Assembly (NCBI GenBank): GCA_004298335.1
Contig: SCTG01000009.1
Location: 12,134 to 76,133, forward strand
Reading direction: 5' to 3'
DNA length: 64,000 nt
Source of the DNA: Nitrospirota bacterium
GTDB lineage: Bacteria > Nitrospirota > Nitrospiria > Nitrospirales > NS-4
Below the pieces are notes generated by a model. The model ran no database searches and was not told the origin of the DNA. It was given only the letters and a program-made list of their open reading frames with translations. Shown piece after piece: positions 18,016 to 26,538 of this stretch (its first letter is position 1; the number at the start of each line of letters is the position of its first letter). The position numbers and the translations under genes were made by a program.

Positions 18016-19059
18016 ATGCTGCCGACCCGTGGATACGCAACCAAAGGCCCGACCGAACGGCTCGCCCCTTTCACCTTCGAGCGGCGCGACCCCGGGCCGC
18101 GCGACGTGCTCATCGAAATCCTGTACTGCGGCATCTGCCACTCCGACATCCACCAGGCGCGGGACGAGTGGGGCGGCGCGCTCTTCCCGATGGTGCCCGG
18201 GCACGAAATCGTCGGGCGGGTGACGCGCGTCGGACCCCGGGCGACGCGCTTCAAGATCGGCGATCCGGCGGGCGTCGGCTGTTTCGTGGATTCCTGCCGC
18301 GTCTGCGAGAGCTGCAAGGCGGGCCTGGAGCAGTACTGCGAACGGCACATCGTCTTCACGTACAACGGCACCGAGCACGACCTGAAGACGCCGACGTACG
18401 GGGGCTACTCCTCGCAGATCGTCGTGGACGAGCAGTATGTCTTCAAGATTCCCCCGAAGCTGCCGGCGGCGAACGTCGCGCCCCTGCTCTGCGCCGGGAT
18501 CACCACCTACTCGCCCCTCCGGCAGTTCAACGTCGGGCCGGGACAGCGCGTCGGGGTCGTGGGACTGGGCGGGCTGGGCCACATGGGAGTCAAGCTGGCC
18601 GCCGCCATGGGCGCTGAAGTCACGGTCTTCAGCACGTCCAGCTCGAAGGAGCAGGACGCGCGCCGCCTGGGCGCGCATGACTTCGTCGCGACGAAAGACC
18701 CGAAGAACCTGGAGGCCCTCGCCAACCGCTTCCATTGCATTCTCGACACGGTCGCCGCGGACCACGATCTCAACCTGTATCTCAACCTGCTGCGCCGGGG
18801 CGGGGCGCTGGCGCTCGTGGGCGCGCCGCCCAAGCCGATGGCGGTCAATGCCTTCTCGCTCATCATGAAAGGGCGAACACTGTCGGGCTCGCTCATCGGC
18901 GGCATGCGCGAGACGCAGGAGATGCTCGATTACTGCGCGGCCCGGAACATCACGTCGGACGTCGAGGTGATCCCGATCCAGCAGGTCGAGACGGCGTACG
19001 AGCGGACGATCAAGGGCGACGTGCGCTATCGCTTCGTCATCGACATGAAGACACTGTGA
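18016..19059 (+). CDS. Zn-dependent NAD(P) alcohol dehydrogenase (cinnamyl-ADH/YahK-like)
   Basis: The track ORF was trimmed to ATG 18016. GICHSDIH catalytic Zn motif, structural Zn cysteines CRVCESCKAGLEQYC, and Rossmann motif GVVGLGGLGH. Confidence 0.9.
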   Translation: MLPTRGYATKGPTERLAPFTFERRDPGPRDVLIEILYCGICHSDIHQARDEWGGALFPMVPGHEIVGRVTRVGPRATRFKIGDPAGVGCFVDSCRVCESCKAGLEQYCERHIVFTYNGTEHDLKTPTYGGYSSQIVVDEQYVFKIPPKLPAANVAPLLCAGITTYSPLRQFNVGPGQRVGVVGLGGLGHMGVKLAAAMGAEVTVFSTSSSKEQDARRLGAHDFVATKDPKNLEALANRFHCILDTVAADHDLNLYLNLLRRGGALALVGAPPKPMAVNAFSLIMKGRTLSGSLIGGMRETQEMLDYCAARNITSDVEVIPIQQVETAYERTIKGDVRYRFVIDMKTL

Positions 19060-19212
19060 CGCAAGGGGTCTGGCTCCATTTCCGAATGGTGCTCGGGCTC
19101 CCCCTTGCCTTCGGACAAGGATTACCCAGGAGTGCAGGGAAGCGGCGGGGCTTCCTGTTGACAGCTTAAGACAATCCGTCCCAACGGCAGTCACGGGCGC
19201 CATGCACGGGAT

Positions 19213-20349
19213 TTGCTTTCTTTTCACGCTATGGGGCGCTTCCTCTCTCTTCCCGCTCCGGCCGTCGTCGCCGGCCTTGCCGCCGTCTACCTGATCGCGG
19301 GCAAACTCGGGCTGATGCTCGCCTTCGTGAACGCGAGCGCCACGGCGGTATGGCCGCCTGCCGGCATCGCCCTGGCGGCGCTCCTGACGTTCGGCTACCG
19401 GGTCTGGCCGGGCGTCTTCGTCGGCGCCTTCCTGGTGAACGTCACGACGGCAGGAACCGCGGCCACCTCGCTGGGCATCGCGACAGGCAACACGCTGGAA
19501 GGCCTGATGGGGGCCTACCTCGTCAATGAATTCGCCGGCGGCCGCCGCGCCTTCGAGCGGCCGCCGGACATCCTCGCGTTCGCCGTCCTGGCCGGCGCGC
19601 TCGGGACGGTGGTCAGCGCCGCGTTCGGCGTGACCAGCCTCGCGCTGGGCGGTTTTGCCTACTGGGCCGACTACGGCCCCATCTGGATCACCTGGTGGCT
19701 CGGGGACGCGACGGGCATTCTCCTGGTCACCCCGCTGCTCGTGCTGTGGATGGCGGAACCCCGCGTGCAATGGTCGCACGGACAGGCGCTTGAAGCGGCC
19801 TGCCTGCTGCTCTGCCTCGTGGTCGTCGGCCAGGCGGTGTTCGGCGGGCTGCTTCCGTTCAACGCCAAGGACTACCCGCTCGACTACCTCTGCATTCCCA
19901 TCCTCGTGTGGGCGGCGTTCCGGTTCGGCCCGCGCGAAACGGCGACGGCCGCCGCACTGCTGTCGGGGATCGCGCTCTGGGGCACACTGCGGGGGTCCGG
20001 TCCTTTCGTGCGTGACACGCAGAACGAGTCCCTGCTGCTGCTGCAGGCGTTCATGGGCCTCACCGCCCTGCTGGCCCTTGTGTTCGCCGCGGTGGTGGCC
20101 GAGCGCAAGCTGTTTGAAGCGAAACGCGAGTGGCTCTTCCACGAGCTGCAGGACGCCTTCACGCAGATCAAGACCCTGAAGGGCCTGCTGCCCATCTGTG
20201 CCTCATGCAAAAAAATCCGCAACGACCAGGGAACCTGGGATCATCTCGAGACCTACATCGTCATGCATTCCGAAGCGACCCTCACCCACGGCTTCTGCCC
20301 GGACTGCCTGGCCGCGCTCTACCCGGGGCTGACGAAAAAAATCGGCTAG
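19213..20349 (+). CDS. MASE1-domain membrane sensor with a C-terminal 4-Cys module
   Basis: N-terminal MASE1-like region of about 300 aa (LIAGKLGLMLAF..ATAVWPPAGIALAAL...). C-terminus LKGLLPICASCKKIRNDQGTWDHLETYIVMHSEATLTHGFCPDCL. The start may be the Met at 19231. Confidence 0.75.
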   Translation: MLSFHAMGRFLSLPAPAVVAGLAAVYLIAGKLGLMLAFVNASATAVWPPAGIALAALLTFGYRVWPGVFVGAFLVNVTTAGTAATSLGIATGNTLEGLMGAYLVNEFAGGRRAFERPPDILAFAVLAGALGTVVSAAFGVTSLALGGFAYWADYGPIWITWWLGDATGILLVTPLLVLWMAEPRVQWSHGQALEAACLLLCLVVVGQAVFGGLLPFNAKDYPLDYLCIPILVWAAFRFGPRETATAAALLSGIALWGTLRGSGPFVRDTQNESLLLLQAFMGLTALLALVFAAVVAERKLFEAKREWLFHELQDAFTQIKTLKGLLPICASCKKIRNDQGTWDHLETYIVMHSEATLTHGFCPDCLAALYPGLTKKIG

Positions 20350-20659
20350 CCGGACCGCCCTTCCCTCCTGACCGTTTCGACCGAACCATCGAGAAAACCT
20401 TGGATATTTCAGCGCTGCAGGGTTTTGCATACAGGTTGAGTCTATTGAGAATTCGAGCGATCCGACTGGCTACAGTAGAAACCCTGAATCCTATTCCCTG
20501 CAGCGTCCTCCTGCCCCCACCCTGAACCGGTTGTCAAAAGACCGCAACCTGTTCGAACTGCCGACACTGTTCGGCAAGGTACCTCCCTTGCTCAAGCACA
20601 AAGCACGCGCCCGAAAAGCGGCCGATGCCCATGGGTGCGCATGAAAGGAGGGTGCCAAG

Positions 20660-20947
20660 ATGCGAATGACGAAAATCGGAAGTGCGCTGTTGGCGCTTAC
20701 CGTGCTGACCGGCTGCGCCGGCATGACCGACCATCAGCAAAAGGAAGTGAAACAGGAAGCGCAGGAGGGGCTGGCAGGCGGCGCGGTCGGCGCGGCGGGT
20801 GGCGCGACGATCGGAGCGATAGCCGGCGGCAGCGCCGCAATCGGCGCCGCGGTGCTCGGACCGATCGGCATCGTGGGCGGGCTCCTGTACTACGATTACG
20901 AGCAGAGCAAAACGAACTCGAAGAACGGGCAGTCGAAAGAGAAGTAA
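20660..20947 (+). CDS. Glycine-zipper lipoprotein
   Basis: GGAGG RBS. Signal plus lipobox LTGC. G/A-rich zipper GGAVGAAGGATIGAIAGGSAAIGAAVLGPIGIVGG. Confidence 0.6.
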   Translation: MRMTKIGSALLALTVLTGCAGMTDHQQKEVKQEAQEGLAGGAVGAAGGATIGAIAGGSAAIGAAVLGPIGIVGGLLYYDYEQSKTNSKNGQSKEK

Positions 20948-20958
20948 GGAGGCGAGCA

Positions 20959-21357
20959 ATGCTTGACACAACGAGCACATGCCGGTGGCGGGCCGTACGG
21001 TCCGTGATCGTCGGCCTGGCGCTGACCCTGGCCAGCGGCGTCGCCATAGGCCAACTGGCCGGGGAAGACGCCCAATTCGTCGCGGTGGAGAAGGAAGGCT
21101 CGAAAGCCTGGAACGGCGGCGGTCCCCTCGACCTCAAGGGCCGCTCCGCCCCTCTGACGTTGAAGGTGAGCAATCCCCTGGCGGCCGACCATGGATTCTC
21201 CATTGATTCCATGAACGTCAAGGAAGTGATCAAGCCCGGCGAGGAGAAAACCATCTCCGTACCCTTGGAGAATATCGACACGGCGGTGTCGGAGCACAAG
21301 GCGTACTGTCAGCTTCACCCCAAGCACATCGCCGCCGCCTTGACGGTCACCAGGTAA
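20959..21357 (+). CDS. Cupredoxin-like secreted protein (hypothetical)
   Basis: AAGGAGG RBS 7 nt upstream of ATG 20959. TM/signal segment, then a Cupredoxin_1-like pattern (LKVSN..ADHGFSID...KPGEEKTISV...YCQLHPKH). No obvious Met ligand. Confidence 0.45.
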   Translation: MLDTTSTCRWRAVRSVIVGLALTLASGVAIGQLAGEDAQFVAVEKEGSKAWNGGGPLDLKGRSAPLTLKVSNPLAADHGFSIDSMNVKEVIKPGEEKTISVPLENIDTAVSEHKAYCQLHPKHIAAALTVTR

Positions 21358-21383
21358 CAGCCATGCGCCGATACGGCGCGATC

Positions 21384-21420
21384 AAGGGTCCGGTCCCGTT
21401 TTCGAACGGGCCGGACCCTT
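21384..21420 (+). terminator. Putative terminator hairpin
   Basis: aagggtccgg(t)cccg-ttttcgaa-cgggccggaccctt forms a stem of about 14 bp, 27 nt after the stop at 21357. No clear T-tract. Confidence 0.5.
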
Positions 21421-21676
21421 CGAATGTCCGGACCGAGAGATCCGCGGGACAGTGTGCGTCAATTGAGGACACGCGCGCCCGCATACCGTTCCATACCGCG
21501 GGCAGGCGGCTCTCCCCCGCGAAAGGTCGCTCTTGCAAAGAGGCGATCGTCACGGTACGAACAGGCGGAGGGCTCGTTCCGTCGCCCGAATGGAGGGCGC
21601 GCAGGGCAGACGGCCGATCCGACCAGGGCATGACGATTGTCTCTGGTGTTTATCGTTACATTAAGGTACGGAACGG

Positions 21677-21913
21677 ATGACCATGGGGATGAGCACGCTC
21701 CTGGGCAGGGTCGGCAAAAGGTTGCGAGCCTTGCGGGCACGGCGCGGCTGGTCTCAAGAGAAACTGGCTGAACAATCGGACCTCCACCCGACGTACATTG
21801 GGGGGATCGAGCGCGGTCTCCGGAATCCGTCGCTCCTCAGTCTGGTCAAGCTGGCAAGAGCGCTGAACCTTTCCCTGGCGGAGCTGCTTCGCATTCCGGG
21901 CAACCTGGAGTAA
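21677..21913 (+). CDS. XRE-family helix-turn-helix transcriptional regulator
   Basis: 78 aa. LRALRARRGWSQEKLAEQSDLHPTYIGGIERGLRNPSLLSLVKLARAL is a canonical HTH_3/XRE domain. Confidence 0.8.
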   Translation: MTMGMSTLLGRVGKRLRALRARRGWSQEKLAEQSDLHPTYIGGIERGLRNPSLLSLVKLARALNLSLAELLRIPGNLE

Positions 21914-21951
21914 GCGCCGGTACGATCAGGCCATGTTGCGCGCGACACGCT

Positions 21952-22128
21952 GTGAAGTTTAAGGACGCCGCACTCCTGCGGGCGGAGTGGGCGGCCAAAG
22001 GCAACCCCTCGTGCGGCCACCCGCATACCGCGACAGTCCTGTTTCTGGACGGCCGTCCCATGGGGTTTCAGGCCTGCACGATCTGCGGCGCGGAGATAGA
22101 ATGGCCGCCGAAGCCCCCGAAGACATGA
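21952..22128 (+). CDS. Possible small Cys/His-rich protein (58 aa, zinc-ribbon-like)
   Basis: GTG-initiated ORF below the track cutoff, with GC3-rich codons. It encodes ...CGHPH...(22 aa)...CTICG. No recognisable RBS, so weak. Confidence 0.25.
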   Translation: MKFKDAALLRAEWAAKGNPSCGHPHTATVLFLDGRPMGFQACTICGAEIEWPPKPPKT

Positions 22129-22367
22129 ATTAAACCAGCCTGCCGTCTTGTCTGCCTTCCCCGTGCCGTCGGCACTCTTCGGTAAACATCAAACACGGAC
22201 AGCATGCGTCCAATACGGACAATGGCCTCCTGAGAGCGAGGGCCCCCTGGACTTGAGTCGAATTGGCAAACAAGGTCGGAACACGTAATGATCGACTTCG
22301 GTCGAGGCCCCGGCACGGAAAGACATTCCTGGCGGCGGCGCTCCCCTTGAACGGAACGGAGGAATGC

Positions 22368-23186
22368 ATGGCAACGATTCTCCTGGCCGATGACGATGAG
22401 AACTTCTGCAATCTGCTGAAAGTGGTGTTGAGCCACCGTGGGCATGCGGTATTGACCGCGTACAACGGCAGGGAGGCCCTTCGGCTCTTTCGTCAGCATC
22501 GCCCGCAGATCACGCTGTTGGACCTTCGCATGCCGGAGATGGATGGGCTTGAAGTGCTCCGGCGCATTCGGACGACGGACCCACGGGCGGTGGTGATGAT
22601 CCTGACGGCGATGGGGACCGACAAACAGGAACAGGAGGCTCGACAACAGGGCGTCACCGACTTTCTCAACAAGCACCTGCCGTTCGCTTCGCTCGCCGCC
22701 CTGGTGGACAGCGTGGGGACGGAATCGGGCCTATTCATCAAGCCGGGCACGGTCTTGCTGGTCGATAAATCGGACGAGACCCGGGACCTCTTCAAAGCGT
22801 TTTTGCGCACCCACGTGGTGTCGATTCGAACGGCCCGGAACGGCCTCGAGGCCTTGACTCTGATGCGCGATGCGCTCCCACATCTGGTGGTCCTGGATAT
22901 GGATCTGGGCGGGATCGCGGATCCTCGGCAGGCGGCCCCGACCATGACCGCGCCGGAGTTTCTCCACGCATTGCGCCGGATGCGTTATCCGGGCGGGCTC
23001 CTCCTGATGTGCAACACGATCGAGCACGACATGGAGGCGCAGGCCTCGAATCTACAGATACTCGACCTGTTGCAGAAACCGGTTATGCCCGAGCGCCTGC
23101 TGGTCGCGGCCCAGGCAGGGGTGGCCATCATGGAGGAAGCCTCCTATGGGGGGCCAAAGCCAAGGATGGCCTGCAGCCTCCGCTAG
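22368..23186 (+). CDS. Tandem receiver (REC-REC) response regulator without an output domain
   Basis: Start trimmed to ATG 22368 (GGAGG RBS). REC1: LLADDD...LLDLRMPEMDG...ILTAMG...NKH. REC2: LLVDKSDE...VVLDMDLGG (with a loop insertion)...LQKP. Confidence 0.8.
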   Translation: MATILLADDDENFCNLLKVVLSHRGHAVLTAYNGREALRLFRQHRPQITLLDLRMPEMDGLEVLRRIRTTDPRAVVMILTAMGTDKQEQEARQQGVTDFLNKHLPFASLAALVDSVGTESGLFIKPGTVLLVDKSDETRDLFKAFLRTHVVSIRTARNGLEALTLMRDALPHLVVLDMDLGGIADPRQAAPTMTAPEFLHALRRMRYPGGLLLMCNTIEHDMEAQASNLQILDLLQKPVMPERLLVAAQAGVAIMEEASYGGPKPRMACSLR

Positions 23187-23288
23187 AGGGGACCCCGACC
23201 GAGGTCGAATTGTGGCGGGACCGTTCTTGTCGGATAGTACCAGTATGCGGCTTGAGGCAACCCATTCCACTTCCGAAAGGAGTCCGCG

Positions 23289-23384
23289 ATGGAGAGCGCC
23301 ATTAAAATACTGCTAGGGCTGCTGCTCATCATGGGAGCGTTGCTCTACGTCGGCATACAGAAGCTGCTGATCCTTCCCTCGTAA
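23289..23384 (+). CDS. Possible 31-aa single-TM micropeptide
   Basis: GAAAGGAG RBS 6 nt upstream. Encodes MESAIKILLGLLLIMGALLYVGIQKLLILPS. Too short to verify by sequence alone. Confidence 0.25.
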   Translation: MESAIKILLGLLLIMGALLYVGIQKLLILPS

Positions 23385-23578
23385 GGTTGCACGGGCCGTC
23401 CCGGCGCATACTTCCTGTATTTTCCTAGGGGCGCCAGCCCCTTCCCGAGAAAGCACACGCTGTGCCGCGGCGTCATTCGACGAAAGTCGCATTGTCAGTG
23501 TAGCGCAGAACTGATTTCATCATTATTACCGCCCAGACCAAAACCCAAACACTTCACATGGAAAGGAGGGATACGAGT

Positions 23579-23866
23579 ATGAAGCGACTTTTTACAGGCG
23601 CATTGGCCCTGTTGATCGCGCTCGCGTTCAGCACATCCACCTTCGCCCAGGCCACGCCGGCCGTTCCTGCCACGCCGGCCCAAGGGAAGGAGGCGGCGGA
23701 GAAGGAAAAGGAGAAGGCCGAGAGAAAGGCCGAGAAGGAAAAGGAAAAAGCCGAGAGGCATGCCAAGAAGGAAGGGAAAAAGCACGGTCTCGATCGAGCC
23801 GACGAAGCGGCAGGCGAGCACGGCAGGCAGGGACGAGAGAATGCGCGCGCGAAGCAGGGACGGTAA
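23579..23866 (+). CDS. Secreted Lys/Glu-rich small protein (hypothetical), motif paralogue of 10379..10981
   Basis: Start set at MKRLF (GGAAAGGAGGG RBS). Signal peptide ...STFAQA, (EKEKEKAERKA)x2 repeats, and C-terminal GLDRADEAAGEHGRQGRENARAKQ. Confidence 0.6.
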   Translation: MKRLFTGALALLIALAFSTSTFAQATPAVPATPAQGKEAAEKEKEKAERKAEKEKEKAERHAKKEGKKHGLDRADEAAGEHGRQGRENARAKQGR

Positions 23867-23907
23867 GCAACGCGCTTGCATGGAAAGAACGGAGGGAGGA
23901 TAAGAAT

Positions 23908-24345
23908 ATGGGACAACCTGTGACCATAGATCCCTGGAAAACGACGGCGATTGGGCTGCTGGTCGTGGTCGCCGCAGTCGGCATCACGACGATGGTGGTC
24001 GGCCAGAAGAGCGAGGCGCCGTCTTCGAAGAGCTCCGCGATTGAGCACCATCGTACCACGCAAGCGGAGATCCATAAGTGCAATGAGTACGCTGCCGCTC
24101 AGACCGGCGATAAGACCACCACGGTCCTCAAAGACGCGGGAATCGGGGCCGTAGCGGGCGCCGGCACCGGCGCGGCGGGCGGCGCCATCGCCGACGGCGG
24201 ATCGGGCGCCGGCAAGGGCGCGGCGATCGGCGGCATCGTGGGCGTCGTGGGCGGGACGTTGTACGGCTTGAACGAAAACAGGGGCCATGATGAGCGCTAC
24301 CAGAAGGCGTATGCCTCCTGCATGCGCTCCCACGGATACGAATAA
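23908..24345 (+). CDS. Glycine-zipper membrane protein
   Basis: GGAGGGAGG RBS. One TM segment, then GIGAVAGAGTGAAGGAIADGGSGAGKGAAIGGIVGVVGG and C-terminal YQKAYASCMRSHGY, typical of glycine-zipper families. Confidence 0.65.
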   Translation: MGQPVTIDPWKTTAIGLLVVVAAVGITTMVVGQKSEAPSSKSSAIEHHRTTQAEIHKCNEYAAAQTGDKTTTVLKDAGIGAVAGAGTGAAGGAIADGGSGAGKGAAIGGIVGVVGGTLYGLNENRGHDERYQKAYASCMRSHGYE

Positions 24346-24370
24346 GCAGTACGGTCGGACGGATACAGGG

Positions 24371-24409
24371 GACAGGCGCCTCGGAAAAAGGCGCCTGTCT
24401 CTTTTTTTC
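24371..24409 (+). terminator. Rho-independent terminator
   Basis: gacaggcgcc-tcggaaaaa-ggcgcctgtc, a 10-bp perfect stem, followed by a tctttttttct T-run. It lies 26 nt after the stop at 24345. Confidence 0.75.
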
Positions 24410-24554
24410 TGTCCTTCCGGATGGACAGCGGCTCCGCGTCTTCGGAGTTTAGGGGCGGACGGCTGGCCGGAGGGTCAGTCCGCCAGCCGTCCCCTGGCGA
24501 CCTTGCGTGGCTGGTGGGCACAGGGCATGTCCACACACATCAAGGAAGGCCGCC

Positions 24555-24728
24555 TCACTGAATCGCGCCGTCGATGGCCACGCTGAAGAGGAGCGCCACC
24601 AGCAGCGTGCCACCGATGATGACCCACCAGGCGCGCCGCGCCGGCGGAACGGAGGCCGACGCGAGATCGCCCAGGTGCGTGCACAGGAACACATCCAGGT
24701 ACTGCGGTTGCCGTCGTGCGGAGTTCAT
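24555..24728 (-). CDS. Small C-terminally anchored membrane protein (57 aa, hypothetical)
   Basis: AAAGGAG RBS 8 nt upstream of ATG 24728. C-terminal TM segment WWVIIGGTLLVALLFSVAI. Lies 15 nt downstream of the 77-aa gene. Confidence 0.4.
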   Translation of the reverse strand: MNSARRQPQYLDVFLCTHLGDLASASVPPARRAWWVIIGGTLLVALLFSVAIDGAIQ

Positions 24729-24742
24729 GGCCCATGCTCCTT

Positions 24743-24976
24743 TCAGCTGGCACGCCGAATAGCGGCCTCGACCACGTACTCGAACCGGGCGGGTCTCCGG
24801 AGGATCACGGTGCCGTCCCGGCTGAGACGGTCGATGGCGGTGAACACCTGAGTCCATGTGTGCCCAGGAAGCGCTTCAAGAAACTCCTCGAGCCCGCACG
24901 AGCCCAGCCTTTCCAATCTCTGGAGGATTGCCGCTTCGATCTCACTGGTATGTCCGCCGGTGATTTCCTGGCCCAT
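24743..24976 (-). CDS. Small cytoplasmic protein, possibly winged-helix-like (hypothetical)
   Basis: Strong GAGGAGGA RBS. 77 aa. ILQRLERLGSCGLEEFLEAL...VFTAIDRLSRDGTVILRR resembles a wHTH, but no family is recognised. Confidence 0.5.
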   Translation of the reverse strand: MGQEITGGHTSEIEAAILQRLERLGSCGLEEFLEALPGHTWTQVFTAIDRLSRDGTVILRRPARFEYVVEAAIRRAS

Positions 24977-25199
24977 GGTGTCCTCCTCTCTTCATGGCAG
25001 GTATAGTCAGCTTGAAAAATTTACTTTGCACCATGTTTCCCGGCCGCACTATTAGACCTCGGTCGAATGTCCGGACAGATAGAGCCGGAAAGACAATTGG
25101 CGTCAATTTGGGAAACGCGGACCAGTGGCTGGATTAAGAAGACGGTGTAACGTCGGCCTGCTAAAATAGACTCTGCGGCAGGACAAAGGAGCGAAGGCC

Positions 25200-25805
25200 A
25201 TGAAAAATCACTTCTTCCTCGGTGTGCTCGTTGTGAGTCTGCTGGCAACCGGCGCGGTCGGCGCGGCCGATGACGCCAAGCTCGCGAAGGCGACGTTCGC
25301 GGGCGGGTGCTTCTGGTGCATGGAAGAGGCCCTGGACAAGGTGGAGGGCGTGGTCTCGACCACGTCCGGCTATACCGGCGGGCGCAAAGCCAATCCGACC
25401 TACGAGGACGTGTCGGCGGGCGAAACCGGCCACGCGGAGGCGGTCGAGATCCTCTACGATCCGGCCAAGGTCACCTACGCCAGGATCCTGGAGGTCTTCT
25501 GGCGGAACATCGACCCCACGGTGCCGGACCGGCAATTCTGCGACCGGGGCAGCCAGTACCGCGCGGCCATCTTCTACCACGACGAGACGCAGAAGCGGCT
25601 CGCCGAGGACTCGAAGAAGGCGCTGCAGAAATCCAAGCCGTTCAAGGAGCTGATCGTCACGGAGATCGTGCCGGCCGGGGCGTTCTACCCCGCCGAGGAG
25701 TACCACCAGAACTTTTACGAGAAGAACCCGCTCCGCTACCGGGTCTACAAGTACAACTGCGGCCGGGCCCAGCGGCTGCAGGAACTGTGGGGCAAAAAAG
25801 ATTAG
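25200..25805 (+). CDS. msrA: Peptide-methionine (S)-S-oxide reductase, exported
   Basis: AAAGGAG RBS and a signal peptide. Catalytic GGCFWCME and GHAEAVEILYDP motifs. Confidence 0.9.
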   Translation: MKNHFFLGVLVVSLLATGAVGAADDAKLAKATFAGGCFWCMEEALDKVEGVVSTTSGYTGGRKANPTYEDVSAGETGHAEAVEILYDPAKVTYARILEVFWRNIDPTVPDRQFCDRGSQYRAAIFYHDETQKRLAEDSKKALQKSKPFKELIVTEIVPAGAFYPAEEYHQNFYEKNPLRYRVYKYNCGRAQRLQELWGKKD

Positions 25806-26443
25806 GATTTCACGACCGGCTTGATCTCGACCCAGTGCTTGACCTGCTTCACCCCTTCGGTCCCGCGGATGATCTCCAGCACCGTGTTCAGCTCGTCCTG
25901 GCTCCCCGCCCGCCCGATGAGGTAGATGATGTTCCGGACCGAGCGCCACCGGTAGTTGACCGACGTGACCCCGCGCGTGGAGATCAGCTTGGCCGAGATC
26001 TTGGTCTCGACCCAGAAGTCGTTGACCGACTGGCCGATGCCCTCCTTCTTCGACTCATCCTTGTTCTTCGCGGCTTCCCGGCGCTGCTCTTTCTCCGCCT
26101 TGGTCACGATCTGGATCTCGTCGTAGATCTTCCGAATCCGATCATCGGCCTGCGCCAGCCGGACCACGTCCTGCCGCACCTTGGGATCGTCGACGGTGCC
26201 GGTCAGCATCGCCCGCTGCTCCCAGATATCCACGTTCACGTCGAGCAGGAGATTCTTGTCCTTGTCCGCCAGGCTCGACAGCAGGCCGGCGCCGATCTTC
26301 GTATCCGTGACCTGGTCCCCGGTCGTACGGTCCTCCATGGTCTTCTTGGCCGTTTCCATCAGGACCTGGGGGCACCCGGCCAGGCCGAGCACGGCGACCA
26401 GCACCACACCCGCGACGGCAATCCCTTCGTGACGATGTCTCAT
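25802..26443 (-). CDS. BON-domain lipoprotein (OsmY-like)
   Basis: Start trimmed to ATG 26443 (GGAGGGGG RBS). Lipobox LAGC. Two BON-like units (...DVNVDIWEQRAMLTGTV... and ...RNIIYLIGRAGSQDELNTVLEIIRGTEGVKQV). Confidence 0.8.
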   Translation of the reverse strand: MRHRHEGIAVAGVVLVAVLGLAGCPQVLMETAKKTMEDRTTGDQVTDTKIGAGLLSSLADKDKNLLLDVNVDIWEQRAMLTGTVDDPKVRQDVVRLAQADDRIRKIYDEIQIVTKAEKEQRREAAKNKDESKKEGIGQSVNDFWVETKISAKLISTRGVTSVNYRWRSVRNIIYLIGRAGSQDELNTVLEIIRGTEGVKQVKHWVEIKPVVKS

Positions 26444-26538
26444 GGCCCCCTCCGTTGAACTGTGTTGCGCCGGCCCCCCGACTATCGCCAGCGTCGATAG
26501 TTTTGTCAAGAAGCCGCATTTCGGTTAGAATACGCTCC

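Noticed and set aside
17914-20142. A 742-aa minus-strand ORF, the longest in this part of the track.
   Set aside because: It lies antisense to the well-supported ADH and MASE1 genes. Its translation is Arg/Gly/Ala/Pro-rich low-complexity sequence, typical of out-of-frame high-GC DNA, with no motifs. The same reasoning applies to 947..2077(-), 2129..3484(-), 11030..12394(-), 13251..14492(-), 28891..30246(-), 30874..32298(+), 34790..36121(-), 43204..44844(+), 45798..47273(+), 52623..54533(+) and 58255..60210(-).
20577-20592. A sigma54-like element, AGGTAC-CTCCC-TTGCT, about 70 nt upstream of the glycine-zipper lipoprotein gene.
   Set aside because: The GG/GC spacing is correct, but the -24 box matches only GG..AC of TGGCAC. 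That is too weak to report as a feature without a transcription-start map.
24457-24492. An 11-bp inverted repeat, ggacggctggc...gccagccgtcc, between convergent genes.
   Set aside because: It has no U-tract on either strand and a 14-nt loop. The clear terminator at 24371-24409 already explains termination of the plus-strand genes. It might still serve the minus-strand pair, but this is unsupported.
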